DNA from: a bacterium
Lineage (GTDB): Bacteria > Patescibacteriota > Microgenomatia > Levybacterales > UBA12049
Length of the DNA stretch: 64,000 nucleotides
Reading direction: 5' to 3'
NCBI GenBank assembly: GCA_021780675.1
Contig: JAJXYH010000034.1
Span: forward strand, 19,889-83,888
Shown here piece after piece: positions 38,443 to 48,310 of this stretch (the first letter of the stretch is position 1; each line of letters begins with the position of its first letter). A program made the position numbers and the translations under genes. The notes beneath the pieces are model-generated. The model had not been told where the DNA came from. It saw nothing but the letters and a program-made list of their open reading frames with translations, and ran no database searches.

Positions 38443-39696
38443 ATGTTAGACATAAAATATCTTCGCGAAAACGCAAAAAAAGTTGAGAAAAAAGCAAAAG
38501 ATAAAGGAATTGTTATTGATATTTCAGAGGTTTTAAAACTAGATGAGGAGTTTAGAAAACTTTCAACTCAAGCTCAAAGTTTAAGAGAAGAAAAGAATAC
38601 TCTTTCTTCTGGTATTAAAGGAAAACCAACGGAAGTACAAATTAAAAAAGGAAAAGAAATTAAAGAACAATTAGAAAGCTTAGATAAAAAACTTGCAGAA
38701 AAAGAACCTCAGTTAAATAAATTATTACTTCAAATTCCAAATCCCGCCAAAGACGATGTTAAGGTTGGTAAGAATGATACCGAAAACGACGTTTTAAGAA
38801 AAGTTGGAACGCCGCCAAAATTTAAATTTACCCCCAAAGACCATTTAACCCTAGGAGAGAATTTAGACATTATTGATGTAGAAAGAGCATCAAAGATTTC
38901 CGGCGCAAGATTTTATTTTTTAAAAAATGACGCTGCACTTTTGGAATTTGCACTAAGACAATTTGCTTTTGATTTACTTCTTAAAGAAGGATTTACGCCT
39001 GTTGTTCCCCCGGTTTTAATTAAAACTGAAGTAATGAAAGGCTTAGGTTACATGGAAAACGGTGGGGACGAAGATATGTATATTTTAGAAAAAGACGGTT
39101 TGGTTTTGGTTGGAACAAGTGAGCAATCGATTGTTTCGATGCACAAAGATGAAGTATTAAATATTAAAGATCTTCCCAAAAGATATGTTGGTTTTTCTAC
39201 TTGTTTTAGAAGGGAAGCAGGAAGTTATGGTAAAGATACAAGAGGAATTTTACGTGCGCACCAGTTCGATAAAATCGAAATGGTTTCGTTTGTCAAAGAT
39301 GGTGACGATGATAAAGAACACGATTATTTACTTTCTTTAGAAGAAAAACTTTTACAGGTTTTAGAAATTCCTTATCAGGTTGTAAAAATGTGTACGGGAG
39401 ATTTAGGAATTCCCGCTGCAAGAAAATATGATTTGGAGGCTTGGATACCATCGGAAAATAAGTACAGGGAAGTAACATCCACTTCAACTACAACAGCCTT
39501 TCAGTCCCGAAGATTAAATATAAAATATCAAGACGGAAGTGAAAAAAAATACGTAAATATTTTAAACGGAACGGCATTTTCAACCCGCCCGATTATTGCA
39601 ATATTGGAAAATTATCAACAAGAAGATGGAAGTATTAAAATTCCGGATATTTTACAAAAATATTTAGGTAAAAAAGTAATAAAAAAAGAAAAATAA
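38443..39696 (+). CDS. serS: seryl-tRNA synthetase
   Basis: MLDIKYLREN... coiled-coil arm and class II motifs (FRREAGS, GTAFSTRPIIAILENYQ). The internal ATG at 38443 is preferred over the track start, which overlaps rdgB. Confidence 0.9.
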   Translation: MLDIKYLRENAKKVEKKAKDKGIVIDISEVLKLDEEFRKLSTQAQSLREEKNTLSSGIKGKPTEVQIKKGKEIKEQLESLDKKLAEKEPQLNKLLLQIPNPAKDDVKVGKNDTENDVLRKVGTPPKFKFTPKDHLTLGENLDIIDVERASKISGARFYFLKNDAALLEFALRQFAFDLLLKEGFTPVVPPVLIKTEVMKGLGYMENGGDEDMYILEKDGLVLVGTSEQSIVSMHKDEVLNIKDLPKRYVGFSTCFRREAGSYGKDTRGILRAHQFDKIEMVSFVKDGDDDKEHDYLLSLEEKLLQVLEIPYQVVKMCTGDLGIPAARKYDLEAWIPSENKYREVTSTSTTTAFQSRRLNIKYQDGSEKKYVNILNGTAFSTRPIIAILENYQQEDGSIKIPDILQKYLGKKVIKKEK

Positions 39697-39920
39697 TTAT
39701 GTAATTTTTGCCTCTAATTCAACCTAAACGTATCATTTTGAAGCTAACAAAAAATCTTGACATAGTATATAAAATAAATCATTATAAAGTTGACCCTTAA
39801 TAGTAATATTAAAGTTAAAAATGAAAATGTTTGTCTTAAAGACGAATTAATAAATTACTAAACTTGTAAGTCTAGATAGACAGATAGTTAAGTAATTTCC
39901 AAAAAGGAGGTGATTAGTCC

Positions 39921-39953
39921 ATGGCAAAGAAAAAAGCAAAGAAAAAGAAATAG
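39921..39953 (+). CDS. poly-lysine micro-ORF MAKKKAKKKK with consensus Shine-Dalgarno
   Basis: AAGGAGGTGA lies 7 nt upstream of the ATG. Ten codons, eight of them Lys (AAA/AAG), then TAG. Confidence 0.35.
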   Translation: MAKKKAKKKK

Positions 39954-40036
39954 TTGGTAAGTAATTTGGAACATTACCAATTATTACCAATTGATCAATT
40001 GGTAAATCCCCTGCCTCAAATGGTGGGGGATTTTTT
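39954..40036 (+). promoter_or_regulatory. nested palindromes plus intrinsic terminator in the secA leader
   Basis: TTGGTAA/TTACCAA arms occur four times. This includes the perfect 22-bp palindrome TTACCAATTGATCAATTGGTAA (39984-40005). The terminator AATCCCC-N13-GGGGGATT with a T6 tract follows at 40005-40036. Confidence 0.45.
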
Positions 40037-40079
40037 ATATCCTCAAGTATGATAAAATTAAGTAACTAAAATTCTACTT

Positions 40080-42791
40080 ATGTTAAATATTTTCGGAAAA
40101 TTATTTGATTCGAATGAAAGGGAACTTGATAAAATACTTCCTATTGTTGAAAAAATAAATTCTTTAGAAAAAGAAACTAAAAAATTAAAAGATAAAGATT
40201 TTCCCAAAAAGACCCAGGAGTTTAAAGAAAGATTAGAAGAAGGGGAACCGCTTGAAAATATTCTTCCCGAGGCTTTTGCTTTAGTTAGAGAAGCGTCGTT
40301 TAGAACAATTGGACAAAGACACTACGATGTTCAGCTTGTTGCCGGTATTTCCTTGGCGCTTGGAAAAATTGCCGAACAAAAAACAGGAGAGGGTAAAACA
40401 TTGTCTGCTACTCCCGCATTATATTTACACGCATTAACAGGTAAAAATGTTCATCTTGTTACGGTAAACGACTATTTGGCAAGAAGAGATGTCGGCTGGA
40501 TGGGGCCTATTTTTAATTTTTTAGGTATCACAGTTGCCTCAATAATTAGCGAAGAATCTTTTGTATTTGATATGGATTTTAAAAATAATCAGGTAACGGA
40601 TTATAGGTTAATGCACCTTCGGCCAATAAATAGAAAAGAAGCTTATGAAAAAGATGTTGTTTATGGCATAAACTCCGAATTTGGATTTGATTATTTAAGG
40701 GATAATATGGCGCAGGATTTACAATCTCAAGTTCAGAGGGGCTTTTACTATGCAATTGTCGATGAGGTTGATTCGGTATTAATTGATGAAGCAAGAACTC
40801 CTCATATTATCTCTGCCCCCGATGAAGCACCAACGCAAAAATATTATGAATATGCAAAGCTGGTAGATAAATTAACGCCTGAGATAGATTATAAAATTGA
40901 TGAAAAATTAAGAACAGCCCATTTAACCGAGCACGGGATAGGAAAAATAGAAAAAATTTATGGGGTAGCAAATATCTACGAAAAAGATTTTGATACGGTT
41001 TATCATTTAGAGGCTGCATTAAAAGCACGTACGCTTTTTCATAAAGAGAAAGATTACATTGTAAAAGAGGGCGAAGTAATTTTAGTTGATGAATTTACGG
41101 GTAGACTTATGACCGGAAGAAGGTTATCTGAAGGACTTCATCAGGCAATTGAAGCAAAAGAAGGAGTTTCAATTCAAAAAGAGTCTAAGACATTGGCAAC
41201 AGTTTCCTTGCAGAACTATTTTAGGATGTATGAACGCTTGGCAGGAATGACCGGAACCGCGGTAACAGAAGCAGAGGAGTTTCACAAAATTTATAAACTG
41301 GATGTAGTTGTAATTCCAACACATAAGAATTTAGTTAGAAAGGATTTGGCAGATGCAATTTATAAAACTTCACGGGCAAAATATACAGCAGTCGCAGCCG
41401 AAATTGAACAAGCTCACAAAACCGGACAGCCGGTCTTGGTTGGAACAACCTCGATTGAAAAAAATGAAATCATTGCCGAACTTTTAAAACGAAAGGGCAT
41501 AAAACACGAAGTATTAAATGCTAAGAATCATACAAAAGAAGCAGAGATTATTTCTAAAGCCGGTGAAAAAGGTGCCGTAACAGTTGCAACCAATATGGCG
41601 GGAAGAGGCGTTGATATTATTTTAGGGGGAGAGGCGCCTAAAAATGAAGACGGTACTGACAAAAAAGGAACCAAAGAGTGGGAAGCTTGGGAAAAGCATC
41701 ACAATGAAGTTTTGAGCCTAGGGGGACTTTATGTAATTGGAACGGAAAGACACGAGTCGCGAAGAATAGATAACCAATTAAGAGGAAGGTCAGGTAGGCA
41801 AGGTGATCCCGGTAAATCTCAATTTTTTGTGTCTTTGGATGATGAAATAATGAGGCTTTTTGGTGGCGATACAATATCAGGTCTTATGACCAGGTTTAAT
41901 ATGCCGGAAGATGTGCCGCTTTCCCATCCGTTAGTAACGAGGGCAATAGAACAAGCGCAAATAAAAGTTGAAGGTTATAATTTTGATATCAGGAAACATT
42001 TGGTTGATTACGACGATGTTTTAAATAAGCAAAGGGAAATAATTTACTCAAGAAGACAAAACATTTTACGATCCGATGATAATCCCCAAAAACTAAAATC
42101 GGAAGTATTAGAAAAAATTCATAGCGCAATTTTGGCAAGTGTAACAATGAATTCCGAAAATTATATGCAAACCTCACCTTCAGAAACTATAGCAACGGAA
42201 TTTGCAACGATTATTCCTTTTGATGAAAATTCATTAAATCAAATTAAATCGCAGCTTGAACAATTAACCAGAATTGATCAAAGAGGAGAATTTTTATATG
42301 CGGTTTCCGACGATATTTATAATGCCAGAGAAAAGCAAGTCGGACCGGATATGGCTCGCCAAATCGAAAAATTTGTTTCGCTTTCTGTTATTGATAATCT
42401 TTGGATCGACCATTTGGATGCAATAGATAATTTGCGCCAAGGGATTGGTTTAAGGGGTTACGGTCAAAAAGATCCGCTAGTTGAATATAAAAATGAAGCT
42501 TTTATTATGTTTGAAAAACTTATTAACGGAATAGATGATGAAATTGTACATAGAATTTTTAAAATTTCTGTTCAGGAGCCACCTGAAGTTCATGCGCAGC
42601 ATGCGCATTTGGTTGAACAGGCTGCAGGTTCAAACATTGCTAGTGAAGTATCAACCGGTTCTACGAGTACCGGTTCCGCTGCATCTACAACTGCTAATAG
42701 TTCATCAACGTCTAAGAAAAAACTCGGACGAAACGATCCTTGCTGGTGCGGATCGGGTAAAAAATACAAAAAATGTCATTGGCCTAACTGA
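40080..42791 (+). CDS. secA: preprotein translocase ATPase SecA
   Basis: 903 aa with DEAD-motor motifs and the C-terminal zinc finger CWCGSGKKYKKCH. Confidence 0.95.
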   Translation: MLNIFGKLFDSNERELDKILPIVEKINSLEKETKKLKDKDFPKKTQEFKERLEEGEPLENILPEAFALVREASFRTIGQRHYDVQLVAGISLALGKIAEQKTGEGKTLSATPALYLHALTGKNVHLVTVNDYLARRDVGWMGPIFNFLGITVASIISEESFVFDMDFKNNQVTDYRLMHLRPINRKEAYEKDVVYGINSEFGFDYLRDNMAQDLQSQVQRGFYYAIVDEVDSVLIDEARTPHIISAPDEAPTQKYYEYAKLVDKLTPEIDYKIDEKLRTAHLTEHGIGKIEKIYGVANIYEKDFDTVYHLEAALKARTLFHKEKDYIVKEGEVILVDEFTGRLMTGRRLSEGLHQAIEAKEGVSIQKESKTLATVSLQNYFRMYERLAGMTGTAVTEAEEFHKIYKLDVVVIPTHKNLVRKDLADAIYKTSRAKYTAVAAEIEQAHKTGQPVLVGTTSIEKNEIIAELLKRKGIKHEVLNAKNHTKEAEIISKAGEKGAVTVATNMAGRGVDIILGGEAPKNEDGTDKKGTKEWEAWEKHHNEVLSLGGLYVIGTERHESRRIDNQLRGRSGRQGDPGKSQFFVSLDDEIMRLFGGDTISGLMTRFNMPEDVPLSHPLVTRAIEQAQIKVEGYNFDIRKHLVDYDDVLNKQREIIYSRRQNILRSDDNPQKLKSEVLEKIHSAILASVTMNSENYMQTSPSETIATEFATIIPFDENSLNQIKSQLEQLTRIDQRGEFLYAVSDDIYNAREKQVGPDMARQIEKFVSLSVIDNLWIDHLDAIDNLRQGIGLRGYGQKDPLVEYKNEAFIMFEKLINGIDDEIVHRIFKISVQEPPEVHAQHAHLVEQAAGSNIASEVSTGSTSTGSAASTTANSSSTSKKKLGRNDPCWCGSGKKYKKCHWPN

Positions 42792-43013
42792 TTAGCTTGA
42801 TTTTACAATCTAAATGTTCATTCTCAACGCCTCATAGTCAATTTTTTTTAGCCTCGTAAATTTATGTGATTTTGGATATTTTAAAGACCCCCAAATTTAC
42901 TAAAGGCTTAAGTTTATAACTATCGGTGACCATATGGTTTTAATTTATGTCGTAGAACTCAAGTTGTAAGACTTAATAAAAATAACTATTGACGTGCATT
43001 ATTAAGTAATGAT

Positions 43014-43033
43014 ATATTCGATATATCGAATAT
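43014..43033 (+). promoter_or_regulatory. perfect 20-bp palindromic operator overlapping the ArsR-family gene start
   Basis: ATATTCGATATATCGAATAT ends inside the ATG at 43032. An upstream TTGACG with an extended -10 TGaTATATT gives a promoter. Confidence 0.55.
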
Positions 43034-43526
43034 GTATTACGAAGTATTTCAGTTACATGCTAAGCTTTTAAAAGCTTTATCAAATCCCAAAAGGCTCGAA
43101 ATTATTCAACTAATTAGAGAAGAGGAACTACCAGTTGCAGAAATTCAAGAAATGCTTGATTTACCCCAAGGAAATTTAAGCCAACATTTACAAGTGCTCA
43201 GAGCTGCAGGCATTGTTAAGACAAGACGGGAAGGAAAACAAATTTATTACAGTATTTCCCATAAAAACTTTATTAAAGCAAGCGATTTATTTAGAGAGGT
43301 ATTGATAGAAAGAAATAAAGACGCTGTTTCAGATATAGCTTTTAAAAAAATGGCCGATCTTGTTCCTTTAACTTCAGATCCGGTATGCGGGATGAGAGTA
43401 AGCCCTAAAACTTCGGCGTTTGCTTACAAAAACACTGGGGATGAATTTTATTTCTGCGGTTCAGGATGTTACGAAAGATTCAAGAAATACCCTAAAAAAT
43501 ACATCAGAGCAGTAGCATTCGCTTAA
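43032..43526 (+). CDS. ArsR/SmtB-family transcriptional regulator with C-terminal YHS metal-binding domain
   Basis: ArsR wHTH (LSNPKRLEIIQLI...LSQHLQVLRAAGIV) plus a YHS/TRASH-like DPVCGMRV...YFCGSGCYERF tail. Confidence 0.7.
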   Translation: MYYEVFQLHAKLLKALSNPKRLEIIQLIREEELPVAEIQEMLDLPQGNLSQHLQVLRAAGIVKTRREGKQIYYSISHKNFIKASDLFREVLIERNKDAVSDIAFKKMADLVPLTSDPVCGMRVSPKTSAFAYKNTGDEFYFCGSGCYERFKKYPKKYIRAVAFA

Positions 43527-43530
43527 TTTT

Positions 43531-43884
43531 ATGGACAAAATTATTGTTAGTATTGTTGGCGTAGTTTTTATCGGTTTTATTTACTGGTTTTTCTTAGGAA
43601 AAAGAGAGAAAGGAGTAAAAGCCGAACGTTCCATTGATGTTCTGGTTAAAGGTGGTTATACCCCATCAAAAATTATTATTCCTCAAAATAAAACTACGAC
43701 CATCAATTTTACAAGAGAAGACTCCAATAGCTGTCTTGAAGAAGTTGTCTTGTCTGATTTTAAAATAAGAAAATATCTTCCCATCAATAAAACGGTCAGT
43801 ATACAAATAAATCCATCAAAGAAAGGAGATTTTAATTTTTCCTGTGGAATGGGAATGTTTCACGGAAATTTAATTGTCGAATAA
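43531..43884 (+). CDS. membrane-anchored cupredoxin-like domain protein (paralog of the 46082 gene C-terminus)
   Basis: N-terminal TM helix. The C-terminus YTPSKIIIP...SNSC...[16 protein letters not shown] aligns with the C-terminal domain of the 344-aa protein. Confidence 0.5.
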   Translation: MDKIIVSIVGVVFIGFIYWFFLGKREKGVKAERSIDVLVKGGYTPSKIIIPQNKTTTINFTREDSNSCLEEVVLSDFKIRKYLPINKTVSIQINPSKKGDFNFSCGMGMFHGNLIVE

Positions 43885-46085
43885 TGGATAATAAAAAAAC
43901 ATATGCGGTAAAAGGAATGCATTGTGCTTCATGCGTAAGGGTTTTAGAAAAAGCAATTGGGAAAGTTGATGGTGTTAAAGAAGTTAGTGTAAATTTAGCA
44001 ACTGAAAAAGCAGCTGTATCTTTTTCGAAGAAAGTAGAAGATCAGGAAATAAAAAATGCCGTACAAAAAGTAGGGTATGGATTAGAAGAAGTAAATGAAG
44101 ACGCCGAAAAAGTTGAAAAACAAAAACAATTAAGTGATTTAAGAAATAAACTTACACTCAGCTTAGTTTTGGGTTTTTTGATCTTTTATGGAAGTTTTCC
44201 AGGTTTAATGAAATTTTCACCTGTGTTACTTCAAAACTTTTTAGTTCAACTTCTCTTATCATTGCCCGTTCAATTTTGGGCAGGACTAAGCTTTTATAAA
44301 GCCGCAATTCCAGCTTTTAAGAATAGGACTGCCAACATGGACACTCTGGTTGCGGTCGGAACATCGGTTGCTTTTTCTTATTCGGTTTTTGTAACTCTTT
44401 TTCCCCAGATTCCAAAATCGATTGGAATAGAGCCAATGCCCTATTTTGACGTTTCAACAATTATTATTGGTTTAATTCTTTTAGGCAGATATTTTGAGGC
44501 AAGAGCTAAAAGCAATACCTCAGAAGCAATTAAAAAGTTAATGGGACTATCTCCCAAAACAGCTAGAGTGATTAGAAATGGAGAAGAATTGGATTTGCCA
44601 ATTAGTGAAGTTATTGTGGGTGATGAAATAAGAGTTAGGCCTGGGGAAAAGATTCCGGTTGACGGAACTATTTTAGAGGGCGAATCTTCAATTGATGAAG
44701 CAATGATTACAGGCGAAAGTATTCCTGTAGATAAACTTAAAGGCGATGTCGTAATTGGTGCGACCATGAATAAGTCAGGAAGCTTTACTTATAAAGCTAC
44801 AAAAGTAGGAAGTGAAACTATGCTCTCACAAATTATAAAACTTGTTCAGGAGGCTCAGGGAAGCAAGGCCCCAATCCAAAGAATTGCCGATTTAATTTCT
44901 TCGTATTTTGTTCCGGTTGTCATAATGCTATCGGTATTAACTTTTGTAATCTGGTATGATTTCGGACCTGTACCGTCATTTTTATTTGCTCTCTTAAACA
45001 TGGTTGCAGTTTTAATTATTGCTTGTCCTTGTGCCATGGGACTTGCAACACCAACGGCCATCATGGTCGGAACGGGTAAGGGAGCGGAAAACGGTATTTT
45101 AATTAAAGATGCGCAGAGTTTAGAATTGGCTCATAAAATAAATGCGATTGTTTTTGATAAAACCGGAACTTTAACAAATGGAAAACCGGAAGTAACTGAT
45201 ATATTAGGAGAAGATAAAAATAAGATTTTAATGTTGGCAGCATCCTTAGAAAAAGGCTCAGAACATTCTCTTGCTACTGCGATTATTCAAAAAGCGGAAA
45301 AAGATAAAGTTAAACTTATTAAAGTTGAAAAATTTCAATCAGTCGTAGGGCATGGTATTCAGGGTGTAATAGCAGGAGAAAAAGTAGTCCTAGGTAATAA
45401 ACGCTTTATGAAAAAAGAAAACATTGATATTTCTAGTTTGGAAAAAGATATAGACCAATTAGAAGAAAGCGGCAAAACAGTAATGATTTTGGCTGTTGAT
45501 GGAAAAGAAGTGGGAGCTATTTCTGTTGCCGATACCCTTAAGGATAGCGCTAAAGAAGGAGTTTCACTTTTGAAGAAGATTGGCATTGAAGTTTTTATGA
45601 TAACCGGTGATAACGAGAAAACAGCAAACGCAATTGCGAAATCGATAGGAATACAAAACGTTTTAGCAGAAGTTTTGCCAAGTCAAAAAGAAGAAGAGGT
45701 CCGAAAAATACAGGCAAAAGGAAAAATTGTTGCAATGGTTGGAGACGGAATAAACGATGCTCCTGCTTTGGCAGCAGCCGACATAGGAATTGCCATGGGA
45801 ACGGGAACAGATGTAGCGATTGAGGCAGCGGATATAACTTTACTAAATAAAGACTTAAAATCAGTTTCGCAATCAATTAATCTCTCGAAAAAAACAATGA
45901 GAACAATAAGACTTAATTTATTTTGGGCATTTGGTTATAACATCGTGTTGATACCTGTTGCGATGGGTTTACTTTATCCGTTTTTTCATCTGTTCCTAAA
46001 TCCTATCTTTGCGTCTCTGGCAATGGCCTTAAGTTCAATATCGGTAGTAACTAATTCACTTACCCTAAAAAGAGTCGCAATATGA
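43884..46085 (+). CDS. copA: copper-translocating P1B-type ATPase
   Basis: N-terminal HMA (GMHCASCV), CPC in TM6, [15 protein letters not shown]; 733 aa. Confidence 0.9.
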   Translation: MDNKKTYAVKGMHCASCVRVLEKAIGKVDGVKEVSVNLATEKAAVSFSKKVEDQEIKNAVQKVGYGLEEVNEDAEKVEKQKQLSDLRNKLTLSLVLGFLIFYGSFPGLMKFSPVLLQNFLVQLLLSLPVQFWAGLSFYKAAIPAFKNRTANMDTLVAVGTSVAFSYSVFVTLFPQIPKSIGIEPMPYFDVSTIIIGLILLGRYFEARAKSNTSEAIKKLMGLSPKTARVIRNGEELDLPISEVIVGDEIRVRPGEKIPVDGTILEGESSIDEAMITGESIPVDKLKGDVVIGATMNKSGSFTYKATKVGSETMLSQIIKLVQEAQGSKAPIQRIADLISSYFVPVVIMLSVLTFVIWYDFGPVPSFLFALLNMVAVLIIACPCAMGLATPTAIMVGTGKGAENGILIKDAQSLELAHKINAIVFDKTGTLTNGKPEVTDILGEDKNKILMLAASLEKGSEHSLATAIIQKAEKDKVKLIKVEKFQSVVGHGIQGVIAGEKVVLGNKRFMKKENIDISSLEKDIDQLEESGKTVMILAVDGKEVGAISVADTLKDSAKEGVSLLKKIGIEVFMITGDNEKTANAIAKSIGIQNVLAEVLPSQKEEEVRKIQAKGKIVAMVGDGINDAPALAAADIGIAMGTGTDVAIEAADITLLNKDLKSVSQSINLSKKTMRTIRLNLFWAFGYNIVLIPVAMGLLYPFFHLFLNPIFASLAMALSSISVVTNSLTLKRVAI

Positions 46086-47116
46086 ATATAACCAGCTTAA
46101 TTTCAATATTTTTAACAGGACTGTTAACAGGCGGTCTTAGCTGCATGGCCGTTCAAGGAGGACTTCTGGCGGCAACATTGGCTCAAAGGGAGGAAGAAAG
46201 ACTGAAGAGCAATTTAAAAAGTGGCGGTAATGCTATACCAATTATCTCGTTTTTAGTTGCAAAATTGGTTGCTTATACGATTCTAGGATTTTTGTTGGGT
46301 TCATTAGGTTCTGTATTCCAATTGTCGTTATCTTTAAAAGTTATTATGCAAATCGCAGTAAGTATTTTTATGCTTGGGACTGCTTTTAATATTTTAGATG
46401 TTCATCCTATTTTTCGATATTTTGTAATCCAACCCCCTAAATTTCTAACAAGACTTGTTAGAAAACAATCCAAGAGTCAGGATGTTTTTGCTCCGGCTAT
46501 CTTAGGATCCCTTACCATTTTTATCCCTTGCGGTATTACGCAGGGAATGATGGCTTTAGCCATAGGGTCAGGTAGTCCTTTATCGGGGGCATTGATACTT
46601 TTTGCATTTATTCTTGGTACATCACCCATATTTTTTGTGTTGGGATACTTTGCAACAAAGCTCGGAGATATATTCCAGCAAAGATTTATGAAAATTGTAG
46701 CTTTTGCAATCATTTTCCTGGCAATATTTAACATCAATAATGCAATTACCTTAAGTGGAGTTAAGCTTCCATTTGGTGATATAGCTAAAAATGTTTGGTG
46801 CACATTTACTATATGCGACAATGTTACTTCGGGAACTAATGTTGCAATAAACAATAGTCCTACGATTACTATTGGAGCTGTAAGTTATACCCCAAATATT
46901 ATAAGTGTAAAAGCAGGAGCACGGGTAAAATTGAAGCTTGTGAACACAGAGGGAACAAGTTGTATTCAGGCCTTTACAATACCTAGCTTAGGATTGCAAA
47001 AAATAGTTCGTCCCGGAACATCTGATGAATTAGATTTTATAGCCCCAAGTACACCTGGACAAATTCCATTCATGTGTAGTATGGGAATGTTTAAGGGGGT
47101 GATTAACGTACTATGA
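46082..47116 (+). CDS. CcdA/DsbD_2-like polytopic membrane protein fused to a C-terminal cupredoxin-like domain
   Basis: TM Cys motifs LSCMAV and [16 protein letters not shown] resemble CcdA TM1/TM4. The C-terminal domain YTPNIISV...GTSC...[14 protein letters not shown] is paralogous to the 43531 protein. Confidence 0.5.
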   Translation: MNITSLISIFLTGLLTGGLSCMAVQGGLLAATLAQREEERLKSNLKSGGNAIPIISFLVAKLVAYTILGFLLGSLGSVFQLSLSLKVIMQIAVSIFMLGTAFNILDVHPIFRYFVIQPPKFLTRLVRKQSKSQDVFAPAILGSLTIFIPCGITQGMMALAIGSGSPLSGALILFAFILGTSPIFFVLGYFATKLGDIFQQRFMKIVAFAIIFLAIFNINNAITLSGVKLPFGDIAKNVWCTFTICDNVTSGTNVAINNSPTITIGAVSYTPNIISVKAGARVKLKLVNTEGTSCIQAFTIPSLGLQKIVRPGTSDELDFIAPSTPGQIPFMCSMGMFKGVINVL

Positions 47117-47331
47117 TAAAGAAAGTTTTTAAAATAAAAGGAATGCATTGCACTAGTTGTGCAATAAATATAGACGGAGAGTTAGAGGATACAGATGGAG
47201 TAAAACAAGCTAATACTAATTATGCAAAGGTTATTACTGAGGTTGAATTTGACCCAAAAAAAATAAATGAAGAGCAAATTGTGAAGTTAATTAAAAAGGT
47301 TGGTTATGATGCTGCTCTAGTAACAAATTAA
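47113..47331 (+). CDS. copZ: copper chaperone CopZ (HMA domain)
   Basis: 72 aa with GMHCTSCA and a ferredoxin-like fold. Confidence 0.85.
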   Translation: MIKKVFKIKGMHCTSCAINIDGELEDTDGVKQANTNYAKVITEVEFDPKKINEEQIVKLIKKVGYDAALVTN

Positions 47332-47433
47332 AATGAGATTCAAGCGATAACTATATAAAACTATATTATCAATGAAATACCCTTTTTATACTGTTTTATA
47401 TGTCTCATTTAGCCTCAAAAGCAAGACATCACT

Positions 47434-47470
47434 ATAATGATATAATGGGTCTAGACTGGAATGCTCAGCA
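47434..47470 (+). repeat. intergenic repeat copy A (about 37 nt)
   Basis: ATAATGATATAATGGGTCTAGACTGGAATGCTCAGCA. Related copies lie at 49061 and 50491. Confidence 0.6.
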
Positions 47471-47482
47471 AATGAAAAATAG

Positions 47483-47508
47483 TGGCTAATCGCCACCTTT
47501 TTTATTTG
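47483..47508 (+). terminator. rho-independent terminator after copZ and repeat A
   Basis: GTGGC-TAAT-CGCCAC followed by CTTTTTTATTT. Confidence 0.6.
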
Positions 47509-47600
47509 CTGTTGGTGGTAGAGATTTGTTTCGAATCTCGAAGCGAAGCGGAGATACTCGTAAGAGTACATTGCTCGGCAGCAAAACCTTGAATTAGACT

Positions 47601-48074
47601 ATGAATGATCTACTCATAAGAAGCTATAAATCTTCCGATAATCAGGAAATAAAAGACCTCTACAAACTGGCCTCAGTAGAATCCGAAATTGGTTTTCGGG
47701 ACGGTCCGTGGTATAAAGATTTTGATATTATGGAAAATTTTTATATGGATAAGGGAGATTTTTTAGTGGGAGTAATGGGTAATAAAATTGTAGCAATGAT
47801 AGGACTAGAGAAATCATTAAAAACGGTAGGGCACATTAGGAGGATGAGGGTGCATCCAGAATATAGGAGAAGAGGGTATGCCCAAGCGCTTCTTAAGGAA
47901 TTGGAGGAGAGGGCGGTTAAAAAAGGATTTACAGAGCTTCGTCTTCGTACATCAATCCAGCAGATAATGGCACAGAGGCTTTATGAAAAAAACGGATATT
48001 CAAAAATGAAGTCAAAAAAAGAGTTTTATTTGGAAGGTCCTTTTGAGGTGATTTGGTATAGGAAATTGCTATGA
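47601..48074 (+). CDS. GNAT family N-acetyltransferase
   Basis: RRMRVHPEYRRRGYAQALL acetyl-CoA-binding motif; 157 aa. Confidence 0.75.
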   Translation: MNDLLIRSYKSSDNQEIKDLYKLASVESEIGFRDGPWYKDFDIMENFYMDKGDFLVGVMGNKIVAMIGLEKSLKTVGHIRRMRVHPEYRRRGYAQALLKELEERAVKKGFTELRLRTSIQQIMAQRLYEKNGYSKMKSKKEFYLEGPFEVIWYRKLL

Positions 48075-48099
48075 GGTTCAAACGGTTCGAGAGCGGCAC

Positions 48100-48125
48100 G
48101 CTCATGTGAATTGGATTCGAACGGA
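48100..48125 (+). repeat. intergenic repeat copy D (shared 3' module)
   Basis: GCTCATGTGAATTGGATTCGAACGGA is near-identical to 50519-50545. Confidence 0.5.
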
Positions 48126-48310
48126 AGAGCCACTAAGGATTAGATTGTGATAGTAAGCTAATCTTGTATAACTTAAATTTCCATTTTTACGGTTCTAAGC
48201 CTTCTTAAATTGTTCTTAAACCAACTCAGGGTTTAAGACATAAAAATGAAAATATTTAAAATGGTTGATTTATTAAACTGAATTTTCTACGAAGTTTGAT
48301 TTTTAAGTCC

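Noticed and set aside
47497-47595. Possible small SRP (4.5S) RNA. The segment has a 5' CUGUUGGUGG like E. coli CUGUUGGUUC, a GUAA tetraloop hairpin (UACUC-GUAA-GAGUA), and a 3' GCUCGGCAGCAA that can pair with the 5' UUGCUGUUGG.
   Set aside because: The two halves are very unequal (about 54 nt against 25 nt). There is an extra local hairpin (UUCGA-AUC-UCGAA). The conserved AGCAG/GGAA domain IV internal loops are not recognisable. It may be just the region after the copZ terminator, or a GNAT leader. Only a cmsearch with RF00169 could settle it.
48085-48125. tRNA-like fragment suggested by GGATTCGAAC inside repeat copies C and D.
   Set aside because: No T-stem complementarity flanks the TTCGAAC loop on either strand, and no acceptor stem can be built. 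It is a repeat module, not a tRNA remnant.
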